The notes below the pieces were generated by a model. The model saw only the letters and a program-made list of their open reading frames with translations. It ran no database searches and had not been told where the DNA came from. From the NCBI GenBank assembly GCA_963768085.1, contig CAVYGO010000004.1, positions 12,135 through 76,134 on the forward strand: 64,000 bases of DNA, read 5' to 3'. Source of the stretch: an uncultured Flavobacteriaceae bacterium (GTDB taxonomy: Bacteria; Bacteroidota; Bacteroidia; Flavobacteriales; Flavobacteriaceae). Made by a program: the position numbers and the translations under genes. Position 1 is the first letter of the stretch, and the number at the start of each line of letters is the position of its first letter. This document shows, piece after piece, positions 40,465 through 49,565 of this stretch.

Positions 40465-40854
40465 ATGGGTGATCAGTATATGATGGAGAAAGAAGAAATT
40501 TATTCGAAGGTAATGCGTGCCGGTAGACGTACCTATTTTTTCGACGTTCGTTCTACTAAGGCCGGAGATTACTACCTGACGATCACAGAAAGTAAAAAAT
40601 TTACAAACGACGATGGATCCTTCCACTATAAAAAACATAAAATTTATCTTTATAAGGAAGATTTCCACGAGTTTAAGGATAATGTGGAAGAAATGATACA
40701 ATACATCATAGATGAAAAAGGAGAAGAAGTAATAAGTGAACGTCACCAAAAAGATTATAAAAAGGAAGAAAACGAAGTGACCGATACGGTTCAGGAGCCG
40801 ACGGACGAGACTTCTACTTCAAATTTCACCGATATTGAATTCGACGATATTTAG
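40465..40854 (+). CDS. PUR-alpha-like (DUF3276) nucleic-acid-binding protein
   Basis: 129 aa. The start could also be the ATG at 40480 or 40483. IYSKVMRAGRRTYFFDVRSTKAGDYYLTITESKKF...HKIYLYKEDFHEF is the bacterial single PUR repeat. The tail is acidic. Confidence 0.7.
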   Translation: MGDQYMMEKEEIYSKVMRAGRRTYFFDVRSTKAGDYYLTITESKKFTNDDGSFHYKKHKIYLYKEDFHEFKDNVEEMIQYIIDEKGEEVISERHQKDYKKEENEVTDTVQEPTDETSTSNFTDIEFDDI

Positions 40855-40876
40855 TCTAAAATCATCTTAAAAAAAC

Positions 40877-40908
40877 AAAACCGCCCATCTATGTGAGGCG
40901 GTTTTTTT
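40877..40908 (+). terminator. Rho-independent terminator
   Basis: Stem AAAACCGCC / GGCGGTTTT, followed by a T-run. Confidence 0.75.
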
Positions 40909-40964
40909 ATATTTAGCCTTCGAGTTTATAACAGCACTGTCAGGCTAACACTTCTATACCAACT

Positions 40965-43484
40965 ATGAAAAAAATCTTTCTATTAATCTGTTTTCTTAGC
41001 ACACTACCAATCATCGCCCAGGATTATCTGGTCGATCTTAATTATTACCTGCCGAAGGATATTACATACAATAGCTCGATCCCTACACCCAAGTCGGTTA
41101 TTGGCCACGAAGTGGGTGAATGGCATGTGACCCACGATAAACTTGTTCAGTATATGTACGCTTTGGCAGAGGCGAGTGATCGAATCACTATCGAGAATCG
41201 TGGCTCTACTTTTGAAGGAAGACCCTTGCTATTACTAACGATAACTTCACCCGCCAATCATGGTAACATCGGTACTATAAAAGCTCAGCATAACGCATTA
41301 ACCGAAAGTGGTTCTGCCTCTTTGAACACGGCCAATATGCCTGCTGTGGTCTACCAGGGATTTTCTATTCACGGAAATGAACCCAGTGGTACCAACGCGG
41401 GACTAGCTGTTGCTTATTATCTCGCGGCAGCCCAAAATACCAAAATAGATGATTTACTGAATAATACGGTGATCCTGTTCGATCCTTCTTTCAATCCTGA
41501 TGGTTTGCAGCGATTTGCCTACTGGGCCAACATGCATAAAAGCAAAAATATCAATCCCGATCCCAACGACCGCGAATACAGCGAAGTATGGCCAGGGGGT
41601 CGTACGAATCATTATTGGTTTGATTTAAACAGAGACTGGCTTCCCGTTCAATTACCGGAAAGCCGGGCAAGGATCAGGACTTTCCACGACTGGTATCCCA
41701 ACATTTTAACAGACCATCATGAAATGGGAAGAAACTCCAGCTTCTTTTTTCAACCTGGGATCCCGTCACGAACTCACCCTCTCACTCCTCAGAAAAATCA
41801 GGATTTAACCAGGCAGGTAGCAAAATTCCATGCCAAAGCCTTCGACCAGTTGGGTAGTTTTTATTATTCTGAAGAGAACTTCGACGACTTCTACTACGGA
41901 AAAGGATCTTCTTTTCCTGATATTAACGGAGGCGTTGGAATCCTCTTCGAACAAGCCTCCTCCAGGGGGCATGCCCAGGAAAGCTCCAATGGCATCCTCA
42001 CCTTTCCTTTCACCATAAGAAATCAGTTTACAGCGGCATTGAGCACTTTGGACGCCGCCGTTGCCCTTCGGAAAGACCTGTTGGATTACCAGCGGGATTT
42101 CTTCAATAATGCGCGGGGAGAGGCCGCATCGGGTGGTGCAATTGTATTCGGTGATGAAAAAGATGCTGCGAAAGCTTATCATCTTGCTGAAATACTCAAG
42201 CGACATAAGATCACCTTACACGAGTTGAAAGAAGACTTTTCCAATAATGGTAAAAATTATAAGAAAGGATATAGTTATGTGGTACCAAAGAACCAAAGGC
42301 AGCATCGTTTGATCAACGCAATATTCGAGAAAAGGACCAAATTTCAGGATAGTCTTTTCTACGATATCAGTGCCTGGAGCTTTCCTCTTGCCTTTAACCT
42401 CGACTACGTAGAGAATGCTTCTGTTAGCCGGGCAGGATCGGAGATCATCGATCTTCAGATGAAAACACCAGACACTCCCAATGTCTCCACGTATGCTTAT
42501 TTAATGGAATGGCATGAGTATTACAGTCCGAAAGCACTAAACATGATCCTTACCGAAGGATTACGTGCCAAAGTCGCCATGAAGCAATTTTCTATTGAAG
42601 GCAAGGATTATGACTATGGCACTATTCTGATCCCAATACAGAACCAGAAGCTGCAAATGGCCGATCTCACCAAATTTCTTGCGAAGGTGAGTCGTGAAAC
42701 CAAGGTTCCTATCCAAGGCGTGAAGACCGGGTTGGCAAAAGGAATCGACCTGGGAAGTAGTCAGTTCAGGGCGGTCGAACTGCCAAAAGTTGCTATCCTC
42801 ACGGGAAATGGTATTAATCCCTACGACGCGGGTGAGATCTGGCACTTGTTCGATACTCGCTACGATATGATGATCACAAAACTGGACCGCCGTAATTTTA
42901 GTCGTACCGACCTCAGTCGATACACAGATATAATTATGCCCGCCAGCAGGGGAAATGCCCTGGATAAGGGAGATGTAGAAAAATTGAAAAAATGGGTACA
43001 GGATGGCGGATCTCTGATCGCTTTCAGAAATGCAGGACGGTTTCTAGACCGCAATGAAATGCTAAAAATCAAGTTCAAATCACGAAAAGACACGGCGACC
43101 AATATTTCGTATGAGCAACGTAGTAATTACAGGGGTGCACAGGTGGTAGGCGGAGCCATCTTTGAGGCAAAACTTGACCGTTCACACCCTATTGCCTTTG
43201 GTTATAAGAATGATCGGGTAGCAATGTTCCGCAACACTACACTCTTTGTAGAAGCCGATTCCGATAGCTACAACAATCCGATTCAGTATACGGCTAATCC
43301 CTTATTGAGTGGTTATATTTCAAAACCAAATTTGAAGGATCTGGCCAGGACGGTGCCATTCAAGACATCGGGCATGGGACGTGGGCAAGTTCTTTACTTT
43401 ACGGATAACACGAACTTCCGGGCTTTTTGGTATGGAACCAACAAACTTCTAATGAATGCTATTTTCTTTGGGGACAAGATGTAG
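40965..43484 (+). CDS. M14-family zinc carboxypeptidase-domain protein (large, secreted)
   Basis: 839 aa. Signal peptide MKKIFLLICFLSTLPIIAQ. M14 motifs IHGNEPSG and DHHEMG. It has a long C-terminal extension. Confidence 0.82.
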   Translation: MKKIFLLICFLSTLPIIAQDYLVDLNYYLPKDITYNSSIPTPKSVIGHEVGEWHVTHDKLVQYMYALAEASDRITIENRGSTFEGRPLLLLTITSPANHGNIGTIKAQHNALTESGSASLNTANMPAVVYQGFSIHGNEPSGTNAGLAVAYYLAAAQNTKIDDLLNNTVILFDPSFNPDGLQRFAYWANMHKSKNINPDPNDREYSEVWPGGRTNHYWFDLNRDWLPVQLPESRARIRTFHDWYPNILTDHHEMGRNSSFFFQPGIPSRTHPLTPQKNQDLTRQVAKFHAKAFDQLGSFYYSEENFDDFYYGKGSSFPDINGGVGILFEQASSRGHAQESSNGILTFPFTIRNQFTAALSTLDAAVALRKDLLDYQRDFFNNARGEAASGGAIVFGDEKDAAKAYHLAEILKRHKITLHELKEDFSNNGKNYKKGYSYVVPKNQRQHRLINAIFEKRTKFQDSLFYDISAWSFPLAFNLDYVENASVSRAGSEIIDLQMKTPDTPNVSTYAYLMEWHEYYSPKALNMILTEGLRAKVAMKQFSIEGKDYDYGTILIPIQNQKLQMADLTKFLAKVSRETKVPIQGVKTGLAKGIDLGSSQFRAVELPKVAILTGNGINPYDAGEIWHLFDTRYDMMITKLDRRNFSRTDLSRYTDIIMPASRGNALDKGDVEKLKKWVQDGGSLIAFRNAGRFLDRNEMLKIKFKSRKDTATNISYEQRSNYRGAQVVGGAIFEAKLDRSHPIAFGYKNDRVAMFRNTTLFVEADSDSYNNPIQYTANPLLSGYISKPNLKDLARTVPFKTSGMGRGQVLYFTDNTNFRAFWYGTNKLLMNAIFFGDKM

Positions 43485-43551
43485 CTGAATGGAAATCCTT
43501 TTCGTTAATTTTTCCAATGAATTGGGAGACATCTCATTTCCTAAACCCTAT

Positions 43552-43577
43552 CTTTGCCGCTTTTTTAAGCGGCAAAG
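43552..43577 (+). other. Perfect 9-bp hairpin abutting the sulP start codon
   Basis: CTTTGCCGC (43552-43560), loop TTTTTTAA, GCGGCAAAG (43569-43577). The ATG is at 43578. Confidence 0.6.
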
Positions 43578-45194
43578 ATGATTCAGAAAACGATCCATAA
43601 TTTTACTCGAAATCCGAAGAATGATATTCTGTCGGGCCTAACCGTAGCTCTGGCACTAGTACCTGAAGCTGTGGCATTTGCATTCGTAGCCGGTATTGAT
43701 CCTCTTGTGGGATTGTATGGTGCATTTATGATGGGGATAGTGACTTCCCTCTTTGGAGGTAGGCCCGGAATGATCTCGGGTGCGACCGGCGCTATGGCCG
43801 TGGTAATGGTACATCTTATTCAAAAAGGCAATGAAGTGGGCGCCGGACTAGAGGCACCTGTGGAGAACCTTGGCTTACAGTGGCTATTTATCACGCTGCT
43901 TTTCGTAGGCGGCATTCAGGTTTTCGCAGGAATACTGCGCTTAGGGAAATTTGTGAGACTCATCCCCCACTCTGTTATGATGGGATTTGTGAACGGACTG
44001 GCCATTGTGATCTTCATATCGCAACTAGGTCTTTTCAAAGAATCAGTAAACGGAGAAAGAACTTGGTTGCAAGGTTATGATATGTTGATGATGCTGGGGC
44101 TGGTACTTCTTACCATGGGTATTATGTTTGGTTTGCCCAGGCTTACTAAAAAGATACCGGCGGCACTTACTGCCATTATAGTAGTTGCTGCTATTGTTAT
44201 TTTTGGAAAGATCGATGTAAGTACAGTTGGGTCATTCATTAAAGATAGTGGCGGTGAAGGATTACAAGGTACTATGCCTGAATTCCAGGAACAGATCTTT
44301 ACCTTATTCTACACGCTGAAAGCTCATTGGAGCCTCATTTTCTCTACAGCCTTTATACTGGCTGCGGTTGGACTGATCGAATCGCTTATGACGCTTAGTT
44401 TAATTGACGAAATGACCGAAACGCGTGGAAGCGGAAATCGTGAGTGTGTTGCGCAAGGCGGCGCTAATATACTGAATGGACTTTTCGGAGGTATGGGTGG
44501 TTGTGCGATGATAGGTCAATCTATAATCAACGTGGATTCCGGTGGAAGAGGTCGGCTTTCGGGCGCGACCGCAGCAATCGCGCTTTTGTGTTTCATACTA
44601 TTTGGAGCACCCATTATAGAGCAAATTCCTATCGCAGCACTAGTAGGTGTTATGTTCATGGTAGTAATAGGCACATTTGCCTGGAGTAGTTTCAGAATAT
44701 TAGCCAAGATCCCAAAAAGTGATGCTTTTGTGCTTATCGCCGTTTCTGCAATTACAGTTTGGCAGGATCTTGCTATAGCTGTTATTGCCGGTGTGATCAT
44801 GAGTGCTTTGACCTTTGCCTGGAAAAGTGCTACTATGATCCGTGCCCGGAAGAGTATAAAAGAAGACGGCACTAAAGTTTATGAAATATGGGGGCCCTTA
44901 TTCTTTGGCTCCACCACCAATTTTTTAACCAAATTCGATGTAAGGAATGATCCGAAACAGATTGAGATCGACTTCATTGAATCGAAGGTTAGTGATCATT
45001 CCGGTGTAGAAGCTATGCGGGGAATTGTGAATAAATACCAGTCAGCTGGGAAAAAAGTAACACTAACACATTTAAGCCCCGATTGTAAAGTACTTTTATT
45101 AAAAAGCGATCCTGATTTCGATGAAGTTATACAGGATTCAATCGACGATCCGAGATATTACGTGGTGACAGATATGATGGATAGTGAGGTGTAA
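43578..45194 (+). CDS. SulP-family anion transporter with a C-terminal STAS domain
   Basis: 538 aa. N-terminal DILSGLTVALALVPEAVAFAFVAG, a polytopic core, and a C-terminal STAS domain (GPLFFGSTTNFLTKF). Confidence 0.9.
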   Translation: MIQKTIHNFTRNPKNDILSGLTVALALVPEAVAFAFVAGIDPLVGLYGAFMMGIVTSLFGGRPGMISGATGAMAVVMVHLIQKGNEVGAGLEAPVENLGLQWLFITLLFVGGIQVFAGILRLGKFVRLIPHSVMMGFVNGLAIVIFISQLGLFKESVNGERTWLQGYDMLMMLGLVLLTMGIMFGLPRLTKKIPAALTAIIVVAAIVIFGKIDVSTVGSFIKDSGGEGLQGTMPEFQEQIFTLFYTLKAHWSLIFSTAFILAAVGLIESLMTLSLIDEMTETRGSGNRECVAQGGANILNGLFGGMGGCAMIGQSIINVDSGGRGRLSGATAAIALLCFILFGAPIIEQIPIAALVGVMFMVVIGTFAWSSFRILAKIPKSDAFVLIAVSAITVWQDLAIAVIAGVIMSALTFAWKSATMIRARKSIKEDGTKVYEIWGPLFFGSTTNFLTKFDVRNDPKQIEIDFIESKVSDHSGVEAMRGIVNKYQSAGKKVTLTHLSPDCKVLLLKSDPDFDEVIQDSIDDPRYYVVTDMMDSEV

Positions 45195-45219
45195 ATGATA
45201 ATTCCAGATATTTCAGTAA

Positions 45220-46893
45220 TTAGTCCTTTTTGCGAAGAGGTATATACACACTAAATCTGGTCCCCTCATTCTCCTTTGAAGTAACTTCGATTTTGCCTTT
45301 AATCATAGATATGAATTGCTGACATAACAATAAGCCAATCCCAGTGCCTACTTCACCAGACGTTCCAATTTTGCTGATTTGAGAGTCTAAATCGTGAAAC
45401 CTGGTTAATTCTTCAGATTTCATACCAACTCCGTTATCCTGAATATGCACAATGGCAAATTCGGAATCTTGTTCACTACTAATTTGAATCCTTCCTTTCA
45501 CCGGAGAATATTTCAATGCATTGGACATGAGATTTCTAATTACGGCACTGAGCATATTCGAGTCTGCATAAACCTGAACGTTTGCTTTCAGAGAAGAATT
45601 TATTTTAATCGATTTAAGCTCTGCTGTAGGTTTTATAACTCCAATAACACTTTCCAGAATTAAGTTCAAATCGCACCAACCAGGTTGATATTTAAGATCC
45701 CCTGTTTGCGCTGCAGCCCATTTTAATAGATTGGATAGAAGATCGGTTGTTGTACCGGTTGTCTGTTTAAGTTGAGTTATGATATTCAGTAAAGATGAAT
45801 CTTCAATTTTTTCATTTTCAAGCAAATGCAATAAGCCGGATATAGAATTTAATGGCTGTTTGAGATCGTGGCCAATTATTGAAAACAATTTATCCTTCGT
45901 CTTGTTTAAGCTTACAAGTTCCTCATTTTGTTCTATTAATATATTTCTGCGTTTTTCCAATAAATCATTGGCCGATTCCAATTCGGTATTAAGTGTTTTA
46001 CTTTTCAGCCTTAGTCTGTTCAAAATAAAAAATAAGCCGGTGAGGATCAAATGCCCTAATAGCAGAAAATAGATAAAAGGACTACGTTTAATCTCATTCC
46101 TTTTAAGGGCAGTACCAATTGAAATTGAACTTCCATAGACATCGATCCGGCTACTAACAAATTCTGAAGGCTCGATATTAAAATTCCGGTAATATTCCGC
46201 ATCCTTATTTTTATTATACGCTTTTGTATTGTCATGCACCTGCTCCCGATCAAATTCAAATTGATTCTCCCACTGAAATCTAAAAGCGTACTCTTCAATG
46301 ACTTCTTCAGAGTACAGTCCTTCCATGATAGTTCCAAAATTCAATATAGGTGCAACATAACCTAAGGTTTTTCCATTTCTATGAACACTAAAATTCATAG
46401 GAACTCCTACCCAGCCTTCAACCAGGTTCATTGGAGGAAATAACAATATGCTATCCGTTTTCAATAAATTATCAAGTGCTTCTATTTTTTCCTTACTCCG
46501 AATAGAGGCTACTTTTCTACCTGCGAGATTCTCCGGATCCATTTCAAAACGTGTGAAGGAATAAACAAATGTATGGGTAGAGTCAATATAGCTGAGTGCG
46601 ATGGAATCATCGGAATGCAACGCTTCCAGCTGCTTCTGAACGAACCGCTGTAGTAATTCAGCCGAAGGTAATTCTTCAGATTCGTTCATAAACACTTTCA
46701 TGCCCGAAATAATAGCGGCAAATTCGTTGATCGCCGTAGTAAATTGGTTAACCGAGCGCTCGTGTACTTGTTCTAATTTGAGTTTGTTTTTCTGAAGATC
46801 ATTTTCAAGTTGATTCAGATCGATAAAATAAATCGAAATAATACCAATAATGAAGATAACTAGCGTCCAAACATTTTGTTTGAGAAACGACAT
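45220..46893 (-). CDS. Sensor histidine kinase (orphan; N-terminal TM-flanked sensor domain)
   Basis: 557 aa. HisKA H-box FSIIGHDLKQPLNSI, N-box NLMSNALKY and G-box GTGIGLLLCQQF. There is no response regulator in the window. Confidence 0.85.
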   Translation of the reverse strand: MSFLKQNVWTLVIFIIGIISIYFIDLNQLENDLQKNKLKLEQVHERSVNQFTTAINEFAAIISGMKVFMNESEELPSAELLQRFVQKQLEALHSDDSIALSYIDSTHTFVYSFTRFEMDPENLAGRKVASIRSKEKIEALDNLLKTDSILLFPPMNLVEGWVGVPMNFSVHRNGKTLGYVAPILNFGTIMEGLYSEEVIEEYAFRFQWENQFEFDREQVHDNTKAYNKNKDAEYYRNFNIEPSEFVSSRIDVYGSSISIGTALKRNEIKRSPFIYFLLLGHLILTGLFFILNRLRLKSKTLNTELESANDLLEKRRNILIEQNEELVSLNKTKDKLFSIIGHDLKQPLNSISGLLHLLENEKIEDSSLLNIITQLKQTTGTTTDLLSNLLKWAAAQTGDLKYQPGWCDLNLILESVIGVIKPTAELKSIKINSSLKANVQVYADSNMLSAVIRNLMSNALKYSPVKGRIQISSEQDSEFAIVHIQDNGVGMKSEELTRFHDLDSQISKIGTSGEVGTGIGLLLCQQFISMIKGKIEVTSKENEGTRFSVYIPLRKKD

Positions 46894-46952
46894 GGGGATA
46901 ATAATGAGGGGCTTTGGCAGCGAATATACGAAATAATAATGGTTTCACTTGT

Positions 46953-47285
46953 TTAGCTGATACGCGACCCGTTCCTAACACTACGCTCGGGAAGCAGTAT
47001 TGTAACGTCTTCTTTATGAACAGCACCTAAAACAAGGCATTCACTCATAAAAGGCCCAATTTGTTTCATCGGAAAATTAACAACTGCAATAACCTGTTTA
47101 CCGATCAGTTCTTCTTTGGAATATAAAGAGGTGATCTGGGCGGAAGATTTCTTTAACCCCAGTTCATTTCCGAAGTCGATCTTTAATGTATACGAAGGAT
47201 TCCTGGCTTCAGGAAAGTCTGAAACTTCTAGTATGGTACCTACGCGCATATCTACTTTTTGAAAATCGTTCCAGGAAAGTTCCAT
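46953..47285 (-). CDS. tRNA-binding (EMAP/CsaA-like) domain protein
   Basis: The track ORF extends to 47327. The ATG at 47285 gives MELSWNDFQKVDMRVGTILEV...YTLKIDFG...QITSLYSKEELIGKQVIAVVNF. Confidence 0.8.
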   Translation of the reverse strand: MELSWNDFQKVDMRVGTILEVSDFPEARNPSYTLKIDFGNELGLKKSSAQITSLYSKEELIGKQVIAVVNFPMKQIGPFMSECLVLGAVHKEDVTILLPERSVRNGSRIS

Positions 47286-47355
47286 AGTTATAGGTATTGT
47301 GTAACCAAGGTAGTAAATTTGCGACATATAAATGATTTAATTTCTTCATCTACCT

Positions 47356-47916
47356 ATGGCTCGTACTCCATCCAATATGCTTCCTTTAGGCACGAAAGCT
47401 CCTAATTTTGTGCTTATGGATGCCATTACCAACAAGCCCATTTCTCTCCAGAATGTACGTGGAGAAAAGGGAACCGTCGTCATGTTTATCTGTAATCACT
47501 GCCCCTTCGTGAAACATGTAAATGAAGAAATAGTTCGGCTTTGCAATGATTATCGTGTTACAGGCTTTGGTTTTGTCGCCATAAACAGTAATGATATTGT
47601 AAATTATCCGGAAGATTCTCCACAGAAGATGTGGGAAACCGCCAGAAAACACAGTTATTCATTTCCTTATCTGTTCGACGAAGATCAGGAAGTGGCCAAA
47701 GCCTATGATGCGGCTTGTACGCCAGATTTCTACCTGTTCGATCATGAACTTAAACTTATCTACCGCGGACAGCTTGATAATTCAAGGCCTGGTAATGGAA
47801 TTCCGGTAAATGGGCGTGACCTGAGGGAAGCTCTGGACAACGTGCTGAACAATGCTCCGCAGCGCAAAGACCAGAAGCCAAGTATCGGTTGTAACATTAA
47901 ATGGAAAACAGACTGA
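47356..47916 (+). CDS. Thioredoxin-fold (AhpC/TSA-like) protein
   Basis: 186 aa with a CNHCPFV redox motif. Confidence 0.78.
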   Translation: MARTPSNMLPLGTKAPNFVLMDAITNKPISLQNVRGEKGTVVMFICNHCPFVKHVNEEIVRLCNDYRVTGFGFVAINSNDIVNYPEDSPQKMWETARKHSYSFPYLFDEDQEVAKAYDAACTPDFYLFDHELKLIYRGQLDNSRPGNGIPVNGRDLREALDNVLNNAPQRKDQKPSIGCNIKWKTD

Positions 47917-47918
47917 AT

Positions 47919-48440
47919 TTAGTCTATTGCATTCTTGATATGGGCATAATGATGCATACAATGCCAGGCATACATTAAAGCCAGTTCTTTCATATTCATT
48001 TCATGTTTCATCTCCGGATGCCTGAAAGTACGCAGCCACTGCTCATCGGTTAGCATGCGCAGCAGGTTCACCATCTTGTGATGTACCGCGTCAATATGAG
48101 ACAGAGACCAGGAAATAGGCCAGGTTTTATAATCCTCTAAGGCCGCAAATGCGTCCTGATCATAAGCTTTTATCATTGGATTATCTTCGGAAAGAGCCCA
48201 TCGCATCCTATTATAACTGTGATGATGGCTATCGGCAATATGGTGCACCAATTGACGGATCGTCCAGCTCTCCTCACGATAGGATGTATCGAGCTGTTCA
48301 TCTGTAAGGTTATAGGTTAGCAATTTGAGTTGTTCCGGAAAAACTTCCAGTATTGTTATCGCCTCATTAAGGTTTGCTTCTGAAATTGCTTCAGGTATTT
48401 CGAATTTCCCAACCGGGAATTTTAAGTAATCTTTATCCAT
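47919..48440 (-). CDS. DinB/YfiT-like metal-dependent hydrolase family protein
   Basis: 173 aa with the four-helix His triad pattern (LVHHIADSHHH ... WHCMHHYAH). Confidence 0.7.
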   Translation of the reverse strand: MDKDYLKFPVGKFEIPEAISEANLNEAITILEVFPEQLKLLTYNLTDEQLDTSYREESWTIRQLVHHIADSHHHSYNRMRWALSEDNPMIKAYDQDAFAALEDYKTWPISWSLSHIDAVHHKMVNLLRMLTDEQWLRTFRHPEMKHEMNMKELALMYAWHCMHHYAHIKNAID

Positions 48441-48508
48441 GGTGCTAAATTAAAAAACGCCTTCATTACTGAAGACGTTCTCTTGAATATTTCTAAACAG
48501 TTTATGAA

Positions 48509-49442
48509 CTATTTTACATCCATTAATTCAACATCGAATAAAAGTGTGGCATTCGGTGGAATCACACCTCCCGCACCCTGAGTTCCGTAAGCCAGGTGCG
48601 AAGGAATAACAAAACGAGCCTTGTCGCCTACTTTGAGCAATTGGATGCCCTCATCCCAACCCGAGATCACCTGTCCGGTACCAATCGGAAATTCAATAGG
48701 GTTTCCTCTTTTGTAAGAATTATCAAATTCAAGCCCATCCGGGAACATTCCCTTGTAATGAACAGCTACAGTTTGTCCGGTTTTTAGGTTTTACGCCGCT
48801 TCCTTCCTGAATGATCTGATAGCGAAGTCCACTTTCTGTTTCACTAAAGCCTTCTGAAATAGAAGTTAATAATTCCTCCTGCGCCTTTATTGCCGATACT
48901 TCCCGTTCTGCTTTAGCGCCGTTGAATTGTCTGAAGGCTTCAACTGCATTCCACTTTTCAGCTTCCTCGCCTACACGTTCAATTTCTACTTTTTGCATAG
49001 TGTCGCCCTGTGTAACAGCATCAACAACATCCTGCCCTTCCATCACATATCCGAAGACCGTATGTTTGTTATCCAGCCATGGAGTCTCCACATGCGTAAT
49101 GAAGAACTGGCTCCCATTTGTTCCGGGTCCGGCATTCGCCATAGAAAGGACGCCAGGACCTGTGTGCTTTAGATCGGGGTGAAATTCATCATCGAAGTTA
49201 TACCCGGGTCCACCGGCTCCTGTTCCGTTTGGATCTCCGCCCTGGACCATGAAATCGGGGATCACCCGGTGGAACGTAAGTCCATCATAATAAGGTGTCC
49301 CTTGTGGTTTTACCTCGTTCTCCAGGTTACCTTCAGCCAGAGCAACAAAGTTTCCAACCGTTCCAGGGGTTTTATCATGTGTTAATTTTATTTTTATAGT
49401 ACCTTTTTCGGTAGTTATGTTTGCGTAGATTCCGTCTTGCAT
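48509..49442 (-). pseudogene. Dual-family peptidyl-prolyl isomerase (N-terminal cyclophilin + C-terminal FKBP), one frameshift at the T5 run 48781-48785
   Basis: ORF 48729..49442 is the cyclophilin part ([32 protein letters not shown]), then a linker and the start of the FKBP domain ([16 protein letters not shown]). ORF 48509..48748 holds the rest of the FKBP domain (FDNSYKRGNPIEFPIGTGQVISGWDEGIQLLKVGDKARFVIPSHLAYG). Removing one T restores [21 protein letters not shown]. Confidence 0.82.
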
Positions 49443-49565
49443 GTGTAATTATTTTTTAGAAATGCAAAGGTACGATTTGATTTCGAAGGTGCCATAAATA
49501 TTTGTGCATAGAAATTACTTTGCCGTTTATCAAAAAATACTTTGGAAAATGTTTAAATAGAAAGA

